Positions 26,362 to 36,287 of a stretch of DNA of 53,536 bases are shown piece after piece. The position numbers and the translations under genes are program-made. The notes under the pieces were generated by a model. It did not search any database and was not told where the DNA came from. It saw only the letters and a list, made by a program, of their open reading frames with translations. The stretch is from a virus (taxonomy: Duplodnaviria; Caudoviricetes): positions 1 to 53,536 of IMG/VR virus record IMGVR_UViG_3300005812_000001; one strand, 5' to 3'. Numbering within the stretch: position 1 is the stretch's first letter; every line of letters starts with the position of its first letter.

Positions 26362-26365
26362 GTAA
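26123..26365 (+). CDS. Rz1-like o-spanin (overlapping, shifted frame)
   Basis: Lipobox LAVSGC; proline-rich. Confidence 0.85.
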   Translation: MHRLKLIGLLMISLLAVSGCASTQCVKTAQQPPPANLMQPPPDLMTPLNGIISVSGSESAQPQRKSSGSKSTFGPNAPAE

Positions 26366-26472
26366 ATACGCACAGGACACGGCCCATGCAGCCGTCCTGG
26401 CAACGATCATCATTTTATTTTCATGGCTTGTGCTGGCCTACCTGGCTCGGCAGTGGTGGAGAAGTTTCCAGG

Positions 26473-26865
26473 ATGACACATGAGGCGCCCAGCGAAATGG
26501 ACAGTATCCCTCTACGGGTGAACGGCCTCGAGCGCGGTCAAGGCCTGCATGATCATCGCCTGCGCGTATTGGAAGAGGAGAGGCTCCCGCACCGCATGGC
26601 ACTCACCGAACGAAGCGCGGAACAAGCCCTGAAGGGGGTTGATGACCTCAAGAGCGAGGTTACCGGTCTGCGTGATGATCAGGTGCAGGGCTTCAAGGAG
26701 ATGGGGCAGGCCATTGGCAAGATCACCAGCCTCTTCAAGGGCGCGATGTGGGCGTTCGGCATAGTCGGAACCATTTTGGTGGCCCTGAATATCGCGGTGG
26801 ATCTAGTGCCCAAGATTGACGCAATGATTATCGAAAAGAACCCACCGGTTGAACAGCAGCGATAA
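26473..26865 (+). CDS. Coiled-coil protein with C-terminal TM
   Basis: Start uncertain; TM AMWAFGIVGTILVALNI. Confidence 0.6.
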   Translation: MTHEAPSEMDSIPLRVNGLERGQGLHDHRLRVLEEERLPHRMALTERSAEQALKGVDDLKSEVTGLRDDQVQGFKEMGQAIGKITSLFKGAMWAFGIVGTILVALNIAVDLVPKIDAMIIEKNPPVEQQR

Positions 26866-26903
26866 ACCCAGCCATAGGCCCTTGAGGGGGTCGAGGAGCA
26901 AGC

Positions 26904-27089
26904 ATGATTGAAGTTCGCATCACACCCATAGAGCGCTACCAGGTGACCTACTACAGCGAAGAGACTGGCTCGGACCAGGTGGCCACTGACCTGACCCTGG
27001 CACAGGCCGAGAACATCGCTGGTGCAGTGCATGCCCGGGCGGAAGCCGCCGGTATGAACGTGGCGCCTGTGGTGAAGGTGGAGGGCTGA
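26904..27089 (+). CDS. Hypothetical protein
   Basis: GAGGAG RBS. Confidence 0.55.
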   Translation: MIEVRITPIERYQVTYYSEETGSDQVATDLTLAQAENIAGAVHARAEAAGMNVAPVVKVEG

Positions 27090-27259
27090 TGAGCCGCCGG
27101 TTCCTTCGCCTCAGTGTGAGAGTGACCGTACGCTGGTGGGTGCCGCTCTACATTCGAGGAGTGATCTTTATCAGCATGATCACCGGCAGGGAGCCGGACC
27201 CGGTAAAGGTTGAGTACTGGGTCAAAAAGGGCATGAAAACAGAGGTGGTCGAAGACTGA
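27089..27259 (+). CDS. Small protein (56 aa), not in ORF track
   Basis: MSRRFLRLSVRVTVRWWVPLY..; TGATG overlaps at both ends. Confidence 0.55.
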   Translation: MSRRFLRLSVRVTVRWWVPLYIRGVIFISMITGREPDPVKVEYWVKKGMKTEVVED

Positions 27260-27720
27260 TGGCAGCCCCAGAGGAGTTTTTCACCGGGGTGCTGCATGAG
27301 GACCTATGGGAAATCTGCATCGGTGAGAAGCTGGGCGAAGGTATGAGCAGGCATGTCTATGTCTGGGAGCCTGACCCCACTCTGGTTGTGAAGATCGAGA
27401 CCCAGAGGCATCACTGGTACAACATCGAAGAATTCAACACCTGGAACGTGATAGAGCACACCAAGCATGCCCGCTGGTTCGCACCGGTAGTGGCGATTGC
27501 TGGGGGTGGCTCCATGCTGCTGCAGCGCCGTACCCAGCCCCTGAGACGTGATGAACTCCCGGCCAAGCTGCCTACGTTCTTCACGGACACCAAGAGCAAG
27601 AACTTCGGCTTACTGAATGGCCAGGTGGTCTGCCATGACTACGGTATTCACATGCTCCGGGAGCGGGGGATGAGTAGCCGAATGATTAACGCGGACTGGT
27701 GGGACCTTGAAGAAGAGTAA
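27259..27720 (+). CDS. Minimal protein-kinase-like protein
   Basis: LGEGMSR, VVK, DTKSKN, DYG motifs. Confidence 0.7.
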   Translation: MAAPEEFFTGVLHEDLWEICIGEKLGEGMSRHVYVWEPDPTLVVKIETQRHHWYNIEEFNTWNVIEHTKHARWFAPVVAIAGGGSMLLQRRTQPLRRDELPAKLPTFFTDTKSKNFGLLNGQVVCHDYGIHMLRERGMSSRMINADWWDLEEE

Positions 27721-28357
27721 AGCCAAGATCACACGGCCGATGCCGCCGGAAGAGGCGCTGGAATTCGCGGAGTACGGACCGATGGTGCCGGACGCTGCTG
27801 TGGTGGACTGGATCCAGCGAGAAATCGTGAGCGAAAACGGTTCCCTGCATAACCCAGATCATGCGCACCTGGAGAATGCCACTCTCGGTGTGCTCTGGGC
27901 TGGTAGCGGTAACGAGAGCAAGGGGCGCAGGGTGATTGGCATGGCTGAGATACCCCGGTTCCTATGCAACCGTTGGCAGAAGGCGAGGCAAGAGCAGCAG
28001 ATCAATGACTGGTTCGGGTTTATCCCCGATTTCCTGATCACCCTGGATGCTCACTACTGTGCCGAGGGTGCAGACGATCGCAGCTTTGCCGCTCTGGTAG
28101 AGCATGAGCTTTATCACTGTGGCCAGGCCACGGATGAGTTCGGTTCCCCGAAGTTCAATCAGGAAACCGGCCTTCCCACATGGACAATCCGGGGTCATGA
28201 CGTAGAGGAATTCGTGGGTGTGGTACGCCGTTACGGGGTAGGCCACCCAGAAGGAAATCTGGCTCAGTTAGTAGCCGCGGGTAACGCTCAGCCGGAGGTC
28301 GCCAATGCCGACATCTCAAGAGCGTGCGGAACCTGTCTGCGCGCGGTTTCTTCCTGA
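27707..28357 (+). CDS. Putative phage metallopeptidase
   Basis: HELYH..GHDVEEF..VVRRYG. Confidence 0.8.
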   Translation: MKKSKAKITRPMPPEEALEFAEYGPMVPDAAVVDWIQREIVSENGSLHNPDHAHLENATLGVLWAGSGNESKGRRVIGMAEIPRFLCNRWQKARQEQQINDWFGFIPDFLITLDAHYCAEGADDRSFAALVEHELYHCGQATDEFGSPKFNQETGLPTWTIRGHDVEEFVGVVRRYGVGHPEGNLAQLVAAGNAQPEVANADISRACGTCLRAVSS

Positions 28358-28380
28358 CCAAGCCTGACTGGTAAGTATTT

Positions 28381-28815
28381 ATGGCCCGACTGAAGCCCGA
28401 ACAAAAACTCTTCATAGTCCAGCGGTTGGCCTGTTTTGACACGCCAACCATGGTCGCGAAGGCGGTCAGGGAAGAGTATCAGGTGGAATTGTCGCGCCAA
28501 GTGGTTGAGGGATACGACCCAACCAAGTACGCCGGCAGGAACCTGGCGAAGAAGTACAAACAGGTCTTCGAGGACACCCGGGAGGCGTTTCTCGAGGACA
28601 CCAGCGGTATCGCGATCAGCCATAAGGCGGTTCGGCTGCGGACCCTTCAGCGGATGGCAGAGAAGGCCGAAACCATGGGGAACATGGTGCTGGCTAAGGA
28701 TCTTCTGGAGCAGGCAGCCAAAGAGGCGGGTGACGCCTATAGCAATAAGCGAGTGCTGGAACACAACAATCCGGACGGAAGGCTGACGCCGGTGATTAAC
28801 CTGACGAGAAAATAA
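28381..28815 (+). CDS. Terminase small subunit (DUF2280-like)
   Basis: FIVQRLACFDTP..YDPTK..LLEQAAKE; directly upstream of TerL. Confidence 0.85.
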   Translation: MARLKPEQKLFIVQRLACFDTPTMVAKAVREEYQVELSRQVVEGYDPTKYAGRNLAKKYKQVFEDTREAFLEDTSGIAISHKAVRLRTLQRMAEKAETMGNMVLAKDLLEQAAKEAGDAYSNKRVLEHNNPDGRLTPVINLTRK

Positions 28816-30266
28816 TGCCCGATGGCGCCCTGGATCTGGAACTCCATGATCGACAGGGCGTGGCATTTGATTCGCTCGCCACAGAGATACTGTATGGCGG
28901 AGCGGCAGGGGGCGGTAAAAGCCACCTGATGCGTGTTGCGGCCATTATCTGGTGCGCAACGGTGCCGGGGTTACAGGTTTACCTGTTCCGGCGCCTTTCG
29001 GATGACCTGGAAAAGAACCATCTGCATGGCCCTGGTGGCTTCTTCGAGCTGCTGGCGCCCTGGTTCGATGCTGGCTTTGCCAAGTACAACGGCTCGAAGC
29101 ACTTCATCAAGTTCTGGAATGGTTCGCACATCTTTCTGTGCCACTGCCAGCACGAGAAGGACAAGTTCAAGTATCAGGGGGCTGAAATACACGTCCTGCT
29201 GATGGACGAGCTGACCCACTTCACCGAATCGATTTACCGGTATCTGCGGGGGCGGTTACGACTGGGCACTTTGGACGTGCCCCCGGAAATGAAAGGCCTG
29301 TTTCCCCGGGCGATTTCCGGCTCTAACCCCGGTGGCGTTGGTCACAACTGGGTAAAAACCGCTTTTGTGGATGCGGACAAGCCACTGGCGATTCACCGGG
29401 TTAGCAAATCCGAGGGCGGCATGCTTCGCCAGTACATTCCCGCGAAGCTGGACGATAACCCGTCGCTTCTCGAGAACGATCCGGATTACATCGACCGCCT
29501 GGAGGGCTTGGGTAACCCGGCACTCGTGAAGGCAATGAAGGACGGCGACTGGAACATTGTTTCCGGTGGTGCGTTCGATGATGTCTGGAATGAGTCGCGG
29601 CACGTTAAGCCAAGGTTCAAGGTTCCGGCCAGCTGGCATGTTGACCGGTCCTTTGACTGGGGCTCAACGCACCCGTTCTCAGTGCTCTGGCATGCAGAGG
29701 CAGATGGTACCGAGGCGACCCTGCCGGATGGTAGCAAGTTCTGCCCACCGCGGGGCTCAATCATCGTTTGCCACGAATGGTATGGCGCCAAAGGGCCGAA
29801 TGAAGGCCTGAAGCTGTCGGCCAAAGAGATCGCCGCCGGCATCAATGAGCGTGAGGAATCGCTTGAAAAGGGGGCATGGGTAGCCAAAAAGCCCAAGCCA
29901 GGCCCTGCTGATAACCAGATCAGTAACGTAAACGAATCGGACAGCGACAGCGTGGCCGCCAAGATGGCCAAGTCTGGCGTGAAGTGGACCGAATCCGATA
30001 AAAGCCCTGGTTCCCGGGTGAACGGGTTGGAGCTGATGCGCACGCGCCTCAAGGAGGCCGCCAAAGATCAGCCGGAGGATCCCGGCCTCTATTTCATGGA
30101 CCACTGCAGAAAGATTATCTCCCACCTGCCGGTGCTGCCGCGCAGTGAGAAGAACCCCGATGACATCAACACCGATGCGGAAGATCACGATTATGACTCA
30201 CTCCGCTACCGCGTGATGAACAAACGCAAGGCCGGCAAAGCCCGCCGAATCCGAGGACTCGCTTAA
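28815..30266 (+). CDS. terL: Terminase large subunit
   Basis: YGGAAGGGKS Walker A, LLMDELTHF Walker B, SNPGG, FDWG, EDHDYDSLRY. Confidence 0.95.
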   Translation: MPDGALDLELHDRQGVAFDSLATEILYGGAAGGGKSHLMRVAAIIWCATVPGLQVYLFRRLSDDLEKNHLHGPGGFFELLAPWFDAGFAKYNGSKHFIKFWNGSHIFLCHCQHEKDKFKYQGAEIHVLLMDELTHFTESIYRYLRGRLRLGTLDVPPEMKGLFPRAISGSNPGGVGHNWVKTAFVDADKPLAIHRVSKSEGGMLRQYIPAKLDDNPSLLENDPDYIDRLEGLGNPALVKAMKDGDWNIVSGGAFDDVWNESRHVKPRFKVPASWHVDRSFDWGSTHPFSVLWHAEADGTEATLPDGSKFCPPRGSIIVCHEWYGAKGPNEGLKLSAKEIAAGINEREESLEKGAWVAKKPKPGPADNQISNVNESDSDSVAAKMAKSGVKWTESDKSPGSRVNGLELMRTRLKEAAKDQPEDPGLYFMDHCRKIISHLPVLPRSEKNPDDINTDAEDHDYDSLRYRVMNKRKAGKARRIRGLA

Positions 30267-31687
30267 TGCCAGTAACCAATCACCACGACGAGTATGAAAA
30301 TCACTCGGAAGACTGGTCGCTGATGGAAGAGTCCCTCCAGGGCGAGTGGGCAATTAAGCGGGCTGGCACAGGGCGGCTGCCAAAGACAGCGGGGCAGATT
30401 GAAGCTGAGTGCTTGGCTCGCACTGAAGATTCAGAGATGACACCGGCTGAGGCTCAATCGCTTTATGCGGGCTACAAAGAGCGTGCCGAGTACCCATTGT
30501 GGGTAAAAGATAGCCTTCGCACGATGATGGGCCTGGTGGGGCGTCAAGAGCCGACTATCAAGCTGCCGGCAGCGATGGCGAGCCTTGAGAGTGAGGCGAC
30601 GGCTGACGGGTTCAGCCTAAAGCAGCTTTTCCTTCGGACTGTATCGGCAACCCTTACGAAAGGGCGCAAACCTCTGGTGGCCAACTTTGACGGTGACGGC
30701 AAGCCCTACGTCAGTGCATACACGGCAGAATCAGCCATCAACTGGAAGGAAACGGCTGTTGGCGGGCGCAGAGATCTTTCTCTGGTCGTGCTGAAGGAGG
30801 CTCGCCCCAAGAGCCAAATCGATGAATTTTCACATGACGCTGAAGACGCCTACCGAGTTTTGGACTTGAATGACGGCCAGTATCGGGTCCGTCTTCTGGA
30901 TGGTCAGGGCCAAGCCATTGAGGATGAGCAATATCCGGGGCGACAGGCCGGAGAGGCCAGCGAGGCACTGAAGTTCATTCCTCTGGTATTCGTTGGGTCC
31001 ACCGACAACAGTGCTGATTGCGATGAAATACCGCTGCTGACCATGGCCAAAGCGGCACTGAAGTATTACCAGCTCAGCGCGGATTACTACACTGCGCTGC
31101 ATTACACGGCTCATCCCCAGCCTTGGGTTTCTGGCCTTGATGATGATTCCGAGTTGCGGGTAACCGGCCCAATGGCTGCCTGGATGCTTCCAACAGATGG
31201 AAAGGCAGACTATCTGGAATTCCAGGGTGCTGGCATCGAGGCCACACGCAAGGCCATGGAAGCACAGAGAAATTCAGCTGCTGAATCAGGCGCTCGCGTG
31301 ATCGATGTCCAGGGTGTCGAGTCCGGCGATGCTCGCAAGGCACGCCAGGATGACCAGCACACCAGTCTCTACAGCGTCGTCGTAACTGCCGCTGAGGGTA
31401 TCGAGCAGGTACTCAAATACATTGCTACCTGGCAGGGATTGAATCCGGACCAGGTGGAATTCAGTGTTGAGCCGAAATTCAGCCGTGAGGACGTGGACTC
31501 GGCCATGATGCAGATCGTTGCGAACATGGTGATGGCCGGCGAAGTGCCCCGCAAAGTGCTGTTCGAGGTATTGCGGAAAGCACAGCTTACGGATCTGCCT
31601 GATGAAAAGCTGGAGGCGCTGCGCGAGACTGGCACTGCCCCAGACGATGAAGGCGACGATCCGCTGGTAGACGACCGAAACGAGTAA
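30266..31687 (+). CDS. Portal protein (DUF4055-like)
   Basis: Position; YYQLSADY..LHYTAHPQPW. Confidence 0.85.
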   Translation: MPVTNHHDEYENHSEDWSLMEESLQGEWAIKRAGTGRLPKTAGQIEAECLARTEDSEMTPAEAQSLYAGYKERAEYPLWVKDSLRTMMGLVGRQEPTIKLPAAMASLESEATADGFSLKQLFLRTVSATLTKGRKPLVANFDGDGKPYVSAYTAESAINWKETAVGGRRDLSLVVLKEARPKSQIDEFSHDAEDAYRVLDLNDGQYRVRLLDGQGQAIEDEQYPGRQAGEASEALKFIPLVFVGSTDNSADCDEIPLLTMAKAALKYYQLSADYYTALHYTAHPQPWVSGLDDDSELRVTGPMAAWMLPTDGKADYLEFQGAGIEATRKAMEAQRNSAAESGARVIDVQGVESGDARKARQDDQHTSLYSVVVTAAEGIEQVLKYIATWQGLNPDQVEFSVEPKFSREDVDSAMMQIVANMVMAGEVPRKVLFEVLRKAQLTDLPDEKLEALRETGTAPDDEGDDPLVDDRNE

Positions 31688-32832
31688 TGGCAACCACCAA
31701 AGAAACTCAGCGTATTGCGCAAGAGCGGATGGTGGAAGCCATTACCCGGCACATGGCATATCTGCACCGGCTTTCCACAGGGCAAGCCAATAAAGCCATA
31801 GCTATCGTGAATCGCCTTGGCAGTGATCTAGCCAGGGATGTGGCGGATAGGTTGGAGGAATTAACGCCGGCCGAGATGAAGGCATTTGCCGCCGGCAAGT
31901 ACACCACAGCTAGGCTCAAGGGCATTCGATCAGTGATCAATGGTTGGGCTGAAAAGCTCGGCAAGCAGCTCAACGAAGAGGTGTTGACCGGGCTGAAAGA
32001 CCTGGCCGATAACGAAACCAGCTATGCGCACCGGTTGCTGCAGTCGGTACTGGAGAACCCGATTGCCGCTGCGCCGGGTGCCGGCGTGGCTTACGCCGCA
32101 GCCATGGAGCGGCCAGCCATGGGCCAGCTGGTCACGGAGATGCTTGAGGAAATCCCTGAGCGGACCAGAAAACAGGTTTATTCGCGGATTCGTCAGGGTA
32201 TTGCTCAAGGCGAAACCAATGGCCAAATCGTTCGCGGGCTTCGGGGCACAAAGGCCCTTCGGTACCGTGACGGCATATTCCAGACAACCCGGATTGCAGC
32301 TGAGCGGGTGGTGCGCACTGGCGTAAACCACGTCAGCAATACGGCTTATGCTGAGACCTGGGAAGCCACCGGGGTGGATGAGGTGGTTGATGTAGCCACT
32401 CTGGATGGCCGGACCAGCAAGTACTGCGCCAGCATAGATGGCCGCCGGCACAAGGTTGGGACAGCTCACCCAAGGCCGCCATACCACCCGAATTGCCGCA
32501 CGGTACAGATTCCGAGCCTTGCCGCTGACATCATGGGCGAGAGGCCTTATGTTCGGGCCTTCAAGCCGATTGGGCAGATACCGAAAAGCCAGCGCAGCAA
32601 GGATATGGTTGGCCGGGTATCTGCGAAGACCCGGTACCCTGACTGGTTTGCCAGGCAGCCGGCCAACTTCCAGAGAGAATGGCTTGGCGATACCCGGTAC
32701 CAGCTCTACAAGAAAGGCGAATACAGCATTGACCGGTTCGTTGACCCAATAGGCCGGCAATACACCATTGCAGAGCTTGAGGCACGTGACTCAGAGACCT
32801 TTAAGGAGGTGTTCGGTAGCATGGCGGCATGA
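31687..32832 (+). CDS. Minor head protein (SPP1 gp7/MuF)
   Basis: ATLDGRTS..C..PPYHPNCR. Confidence 0.9.
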   Translation: MATTKETQRIAQERMVEAITRHMAYLHRLSTGQANKAIAIVNRLGSDLARDVADRLEELTPAEMKAFAAGKYTTARLKGIRSVINGWAEKLGKQLNEEVLTGLKDLADNETSYAHRLLQSVLENPIAAAPGAGVAYAAAMERPAMGQLVTEMLEEIPERTRKQVYSRIRQGIAQGETNGQIVRGLRGTKALRYRDGIFQTTRIAAERVVRTGVNHVSNTAYAETWEATGVDEVVDVATLDGRTSKYCASIDGRRHKVGTAHPRPPYHPNCRTVQIPSLAADIMGERPYVRAFKPIGQIPKSQRSKDMVGRVSAKTRYPDWFARQPANFQREWLGDTRYQLYKKGEYSIDRFVDPIGRQYTIAELEARDSETFKEVFGSMAA

Positions 32833-32984
32833 AAATTCAGCCATGTGACCCCGATTTCCTTATCTGGTGGCAAAACTTCGTCCTGATACAGGCCGGGGTC
32901 GGCACCGCACAAAATCTGTTTTTGGCGTCGTTTCATTGGCAGTTCTCGATGGAGCTGCAGATTCGCCTCGGAAACCTCAAATAG
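32829..32984 (+). CDS. Small hypothetical protein (51 aa)
   Basis: ATGA overlap with the MuF stop. Confidence 0.35.
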   Translation: MKIQPCDPDFLIWWQNFVLIQAGVGTAQNLFLASFHWQFSMELQIRLGNLK

Positions 32985-33008
32985 ACCGGCAGCGCCGGTC
33001 ATCCAACC

Positions 33009-33031
33009 AACCCGCTCCGGCGGGTTTTTTT
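33009..33031 (+). terminator. Intrinsic terminator
   Basis: AACCCGC-TCCG-GCGGGTTTTTTT. Confidence 0.75.
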
Positions 33032-33085
33032 ATGCCTGCCGGCAGCGCCGGCGAACTGATAACGGGCTGCGCCCGGGAGTGAGTA

Positions 33086-33871
33086 ATGGACGAACTTATC
33101 AAAATGCTTGAGGCCCTCATCGTTGACGAAGGCGAGCGGCAGAAGGTCATCGATGAGATCAAGAAGGATCGAAATGGCCTGGAATCCAACAAGCAACAGG
33201 TGCTGGATGAGCTCAAGACGGAGCGCGCCAGCCGCAAGAAGCTGGAAGGCACCGTTGAAAGCCTGAAGGGCGCCTTTGGTGACCGCACGCCGGAAGATGT
33301 CAAAGCCATGATGGACCGGCTGGAGAATGACGAACTGGCCCGCCTGGCTGCCGAAGGCAACACGGAAAAGCTGCTGGAGAAGCATAAAGAGCGCTGGGAG
33401 GCTGACCGGAAATCATCTGAGGCAGCACTCCAGAGCCAGATTGATGAGTTGACCACTGAGCGAGACAAATTGAATTCCGAGCTCAGCAAAGAGCTGATCG
33501 ACAATCGCGCCATGGCTGCCGCCACGAAAGCTGGGGTGATCCCTGAATCCCTGGACGTGGTGAAGATGCTGGCCAAGTCCCAGTGGAAGCTCGAAGAAGG
33601 CGAGCCCGTTCTTCGCGATGAAAAAGGCGAAATCGTGACCGGCAAGAAAGGGGCGCTCACTTTTGAAGAATGGGCCACTGAAAGTCTCCGCGAAACTCAC
33701 TCCTATCTGTTCCCGCGCCCGAGTGGTGCGGATCTGCGAGGCAATAACGGCAACCAGGGTGGCAAAACCAACCCTTGGAAATCCGATTCCATGAACCTGA
33801 CAGAACAAGCGCGGATCATCCGCGAAGATCCGGCCAAGGCTGAACGAATGAAGGCTGAAGCTGGAGCGTAA
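33086..33871 (+). CDS. Capsid scaffolding protein
   Basis: Coiled coil; ends NPWK..NLTEQARI; upstream of MCP. Confidence 0.85.
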   Translation: MDELIKMLEALIVDEGERQKVIDEIKKDRNGLESNKQQVLDELKTERASRKKLEGTVESLKGAFGDRTPEDVKAMMDRLENDELARLAAEGNTEKLLEKHKERWEADRKSSEAALQSQIDELTTERDKLNSELSKELIDNRAMAAATKAGVIPESLDVVKMLAKSQWKLEEGEPVLRDEKGEIVTGKKGALTFEEWATESLRETHSYLFPRPSGADLRGNNGNQGGKTNPWKSDSMNLTEQARIIREDPAKAERMKAEAGA

Positions 33872-33959
33872 AACTCCTATCGGGTCGGTGGCTGCGCTGC
33901 CGACCGCAACCACGGCTGCGCCGACCCCTTAGAAACCATCGACTCAAAAGGTATTTGAA

Positions 33960-34949
33960 ATGGCTGATACAAAGATCGCGGACGTAATCGTCCCGGAAGT
34001 GTTTAACCCGTATGTGTGGCAGCGCACCGTTGAACTGACCCGCATGCGGATGGGTGGCATCGTTTCCAATGATGCAGAGCTGAACCGTCTGGCTGAAGCT
34101 GGCGGCAGCTCCATCAATATGCCTTTCTGGAATGATCTGGAAGGTGACGATGAAATTCTCTCTGATAGCGACGCGCTGGACCCGGCAAAAATCACTGCTG
34201 GCCAAGACAAGGCTGTCTTGCATATGCGTGGTAAGGCCTGGGCAGTGAATGACCTTGCTGCCTCCCTGGCCGGCGACGACCCGATCCGTGGTGCCGCTGA
34301 CCTGGTTGCTAATTACTGGGTCCGCAAGCAGCAGAGCGTGATGATCTCCTCTCTGCAGGGTGTGTTCGCTGATAACGTGGCGAATGATGGCAGTGACATG
34401 GTGCTGGATATTGGTATTGCTGATGGCAACAACGCAGCAGAGGCCAACCTGTTCAGTGGTGAGGCCTTCATTGATGCTGAAGCCACCTTCGGCGATGCCA
34501 TCAACTCCGTGGTTGGCGTCGGTGTTCACTCCGTCATCTACAACCGGATGAAAAAGCTTGGCTTGATCGAGTTCATCCCGGATGACGAAGCGAAAGGCCA
34601 GATCGCTACCTTCCAGGGCAAGCGTGTGATCGTTGACGACACGTGCAAGCGGGTTGCTGGCGGCACCTCTGGCTTTAAGTACACCAGTTACTTGTTCGGT
34701 AACGGTGCCATCGGTTACGGCGAGGGCCGCCCGAAGACTCCGACTGAGAATGACCGGGATTCCCTGGCGGGTGTCGATTACCTGATCACCCGTCGTCACT
34801 TCCTGCTGCATCCCCGTGGCATCAAGTTCACCAACAGCTCTGTTGCCGGCGCTGCGCCGACTAACGCTGAGCTGGAAGCCGCCGGTAACTGGGATCGCGT
34901 TTACAACCGCAAAATGGTTCGTATCGCTGGCCTTATCACCAACGCTTAA
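33960..34949 (+). CDS. Major capsid protein
   Basis: TKIADVIVPEVF..MPFWNDL..HPRG..NWDRVY. Confidence 0.93.
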   Translation: MADTKIADVIVPEVFNPYVWQRTVELTRMRMGGIVSNDAELNRLAEAGGSSINMPFWNDLEGDDEILSDSDALDPAKITAGQDKAVLHMRGKAWAVNDLAASLAGDDPIRGAADLVANYWVRKQQSVMISSLQGVFADNVANDGSDMVLDIGIADGNNAAEANLFSGEAFIDAEATFGDAINSVVGVGVHSVIYNRMKKLGLIEFIPDDEAKGQIATFQGKRVIVDDTCKRVAGGTSGFKYTSYLFGNGAIGYGEGRPKTPTENDRDSLAGVDYLITRRHFLLHPRGIKFTNSSVAGAAPTNAELEAAGNWDRVYNRKMVRIAGLITNA

Positions 34950-35005
34950 ACCTGAACTGCTGGGTGCCTTCGGGCACCCAGTTCTACCGAACAGGAGATA
35001 TACCT

Positions 35006-35563
35006 ATGGGACTGGCCGCATTTAATCGCCTGCGCCGTATGGCGCGGGAAGAGCCGCAGGTGCCTGAAGAAAAGCCCGAAATCCTTGTTGGGAGTGACAG
35101 CTTCGAGTCTTCCTATGAGATCGAAGGCCAGACGGTGCTGCTGGGCGATCTCGTCCGATCAGCCTTCGAGAATTCCGAGCTGACATTACAGCAATGGAAC
35201 GAGCTGCCTGACGAAGAGCGTGATGCTCTCATCGAGGCAGTTCTGGCAGTTATGCAAGCAGCCGCCGCTGGCTCCGAGGAAGGGGACGGCGATAAGGATC
35301 AACCTGACACCAGAAACGTTGAGCCCGGCGAAGCCAGTACGGAATCTGAACAGACGGGTGGTGCAGATGCCGGTGTTGCGGGCGAATCCGATGGTGGCGA
35401 TAACGCCAGCCACGAAGGTGGTGCAGGCGGTAGCGTCGAGAATGCACAGACTGACGAGCGCGAGCAGCTGGCGGCCGAGTACAAAGAACGCTTCGGCAAG
35501 AATCCTCACCCGGCGATGAAAACCGAAAACATCCGCAAAAAGCTGGAAGAGCCTGCGCAATGA
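35006..35563 (+). CDS. Acidic virion-associated protein
   Basis: AGGAG RBS; follows MCP. Confidence 0.65.
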   Translation: MGLAAFNRLRRMAREEPQVPEEKPEILVGSDSFESSYEIEGQTVLLGDLVRSAFENSELTLQQWNELPDEERDALIEAVLAVMQAAAAGSEEGDGDKDQPDTRNVEPGEASTESEQTGGADAGVAGESDGGDNASHEGGAGGSVENAQTDEREQLAAEYKERFGKNPHPAMKTENIRKKLEEPAQ

Positions 35564-35934
35564 TCGAATACGTCACTGTTTCTGATGTCGATACCATTCT
35601 CGGCTCTGGCTGGGAAGATGGTGCGGACAAGGATGCTGCTGTGTACCAGGCCAATACCTACTTGAACACGTATCGGTTCAAGACCTGGGAAGAGCAGCCA
35701 GAAGCGGTGACGCATGCGGGTGCTGTGCTGGCCAAGGAATCGGCAGCCGGCAGCCTGTTTGCTGATTCTGCAGCTGCTGTGAAGCGGAAGAAAGTCAAAG
35801 CTGACACGGTGGAGACTGAAACCGAGTTCCAGGATGGATCGGTGCCGCAATCCGGAGCCATGAAGTTCGTTGATTCACTGCTGGCGCCCTGGATTGCCAA
35901 GCGTGGCGCCGTTCAGATCCTGAAGAGGCTGTAA
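35560..35934 (+). CDS. Head-tail adaptor
   Basis: YVTVSDVD..VKRKKV..ETEF..LLAPW; position. Confidence 0.75.
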   Translation: MIEYVTVSDVDTILGSGWEDGADKDAAVYQANTYLNTYRFKTWEEQPEAVTHAGAVLAKESAAGSLFADSAAAVKRKKVKADTVETETEFQDGSVPQSGAMKFVDSLLAPWIAKRGAVQILKRL

Positions 35935-36287
35935 TGGGTATCCGTGAGGATGTGCAGTCCGACATGGCCGAGGCCTTCGATACTGATCTGGCCGATGCTG
36001 TGCGGGCTTTCACCTTGACCCGGGTAACCGGTACCAATTACGACCCGATCACTGGTGATGAGACCAAAACCACCGAGACCTTCGACAGCCGCGGCGTGTT
36101 CGGTGGGTTCAAGACTGAGCAGGTGGACAATCAGCACATTCTGGCCACGGATGAAGAGCTAACAGTGCTCCAGAACGAGCTCGATACGACCCCGGAGATT
36201 GGTGACGACATCACCGGCAAGCGGGTGATGAATGTCTGGCAAGACCCAGCAAAAGCTACTTGGACCGTCCAGCTGAGAGACGCATGA
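35934..36287 (+). CDS. Head closure protein
   Basis: YDPITG..DPAKATWTVQLR; position. Confidence 0.7.
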   Translation: MGIREDVQSDMAEAFDTDLADAVRAFTLTRVTGTNYDPITGDETKTTETFDSRGVFGGFKTEQVDNQHILATDEELTVLQNELDTTPEIGDDITGKRVMNVWQDPAKATWTVQLRDA

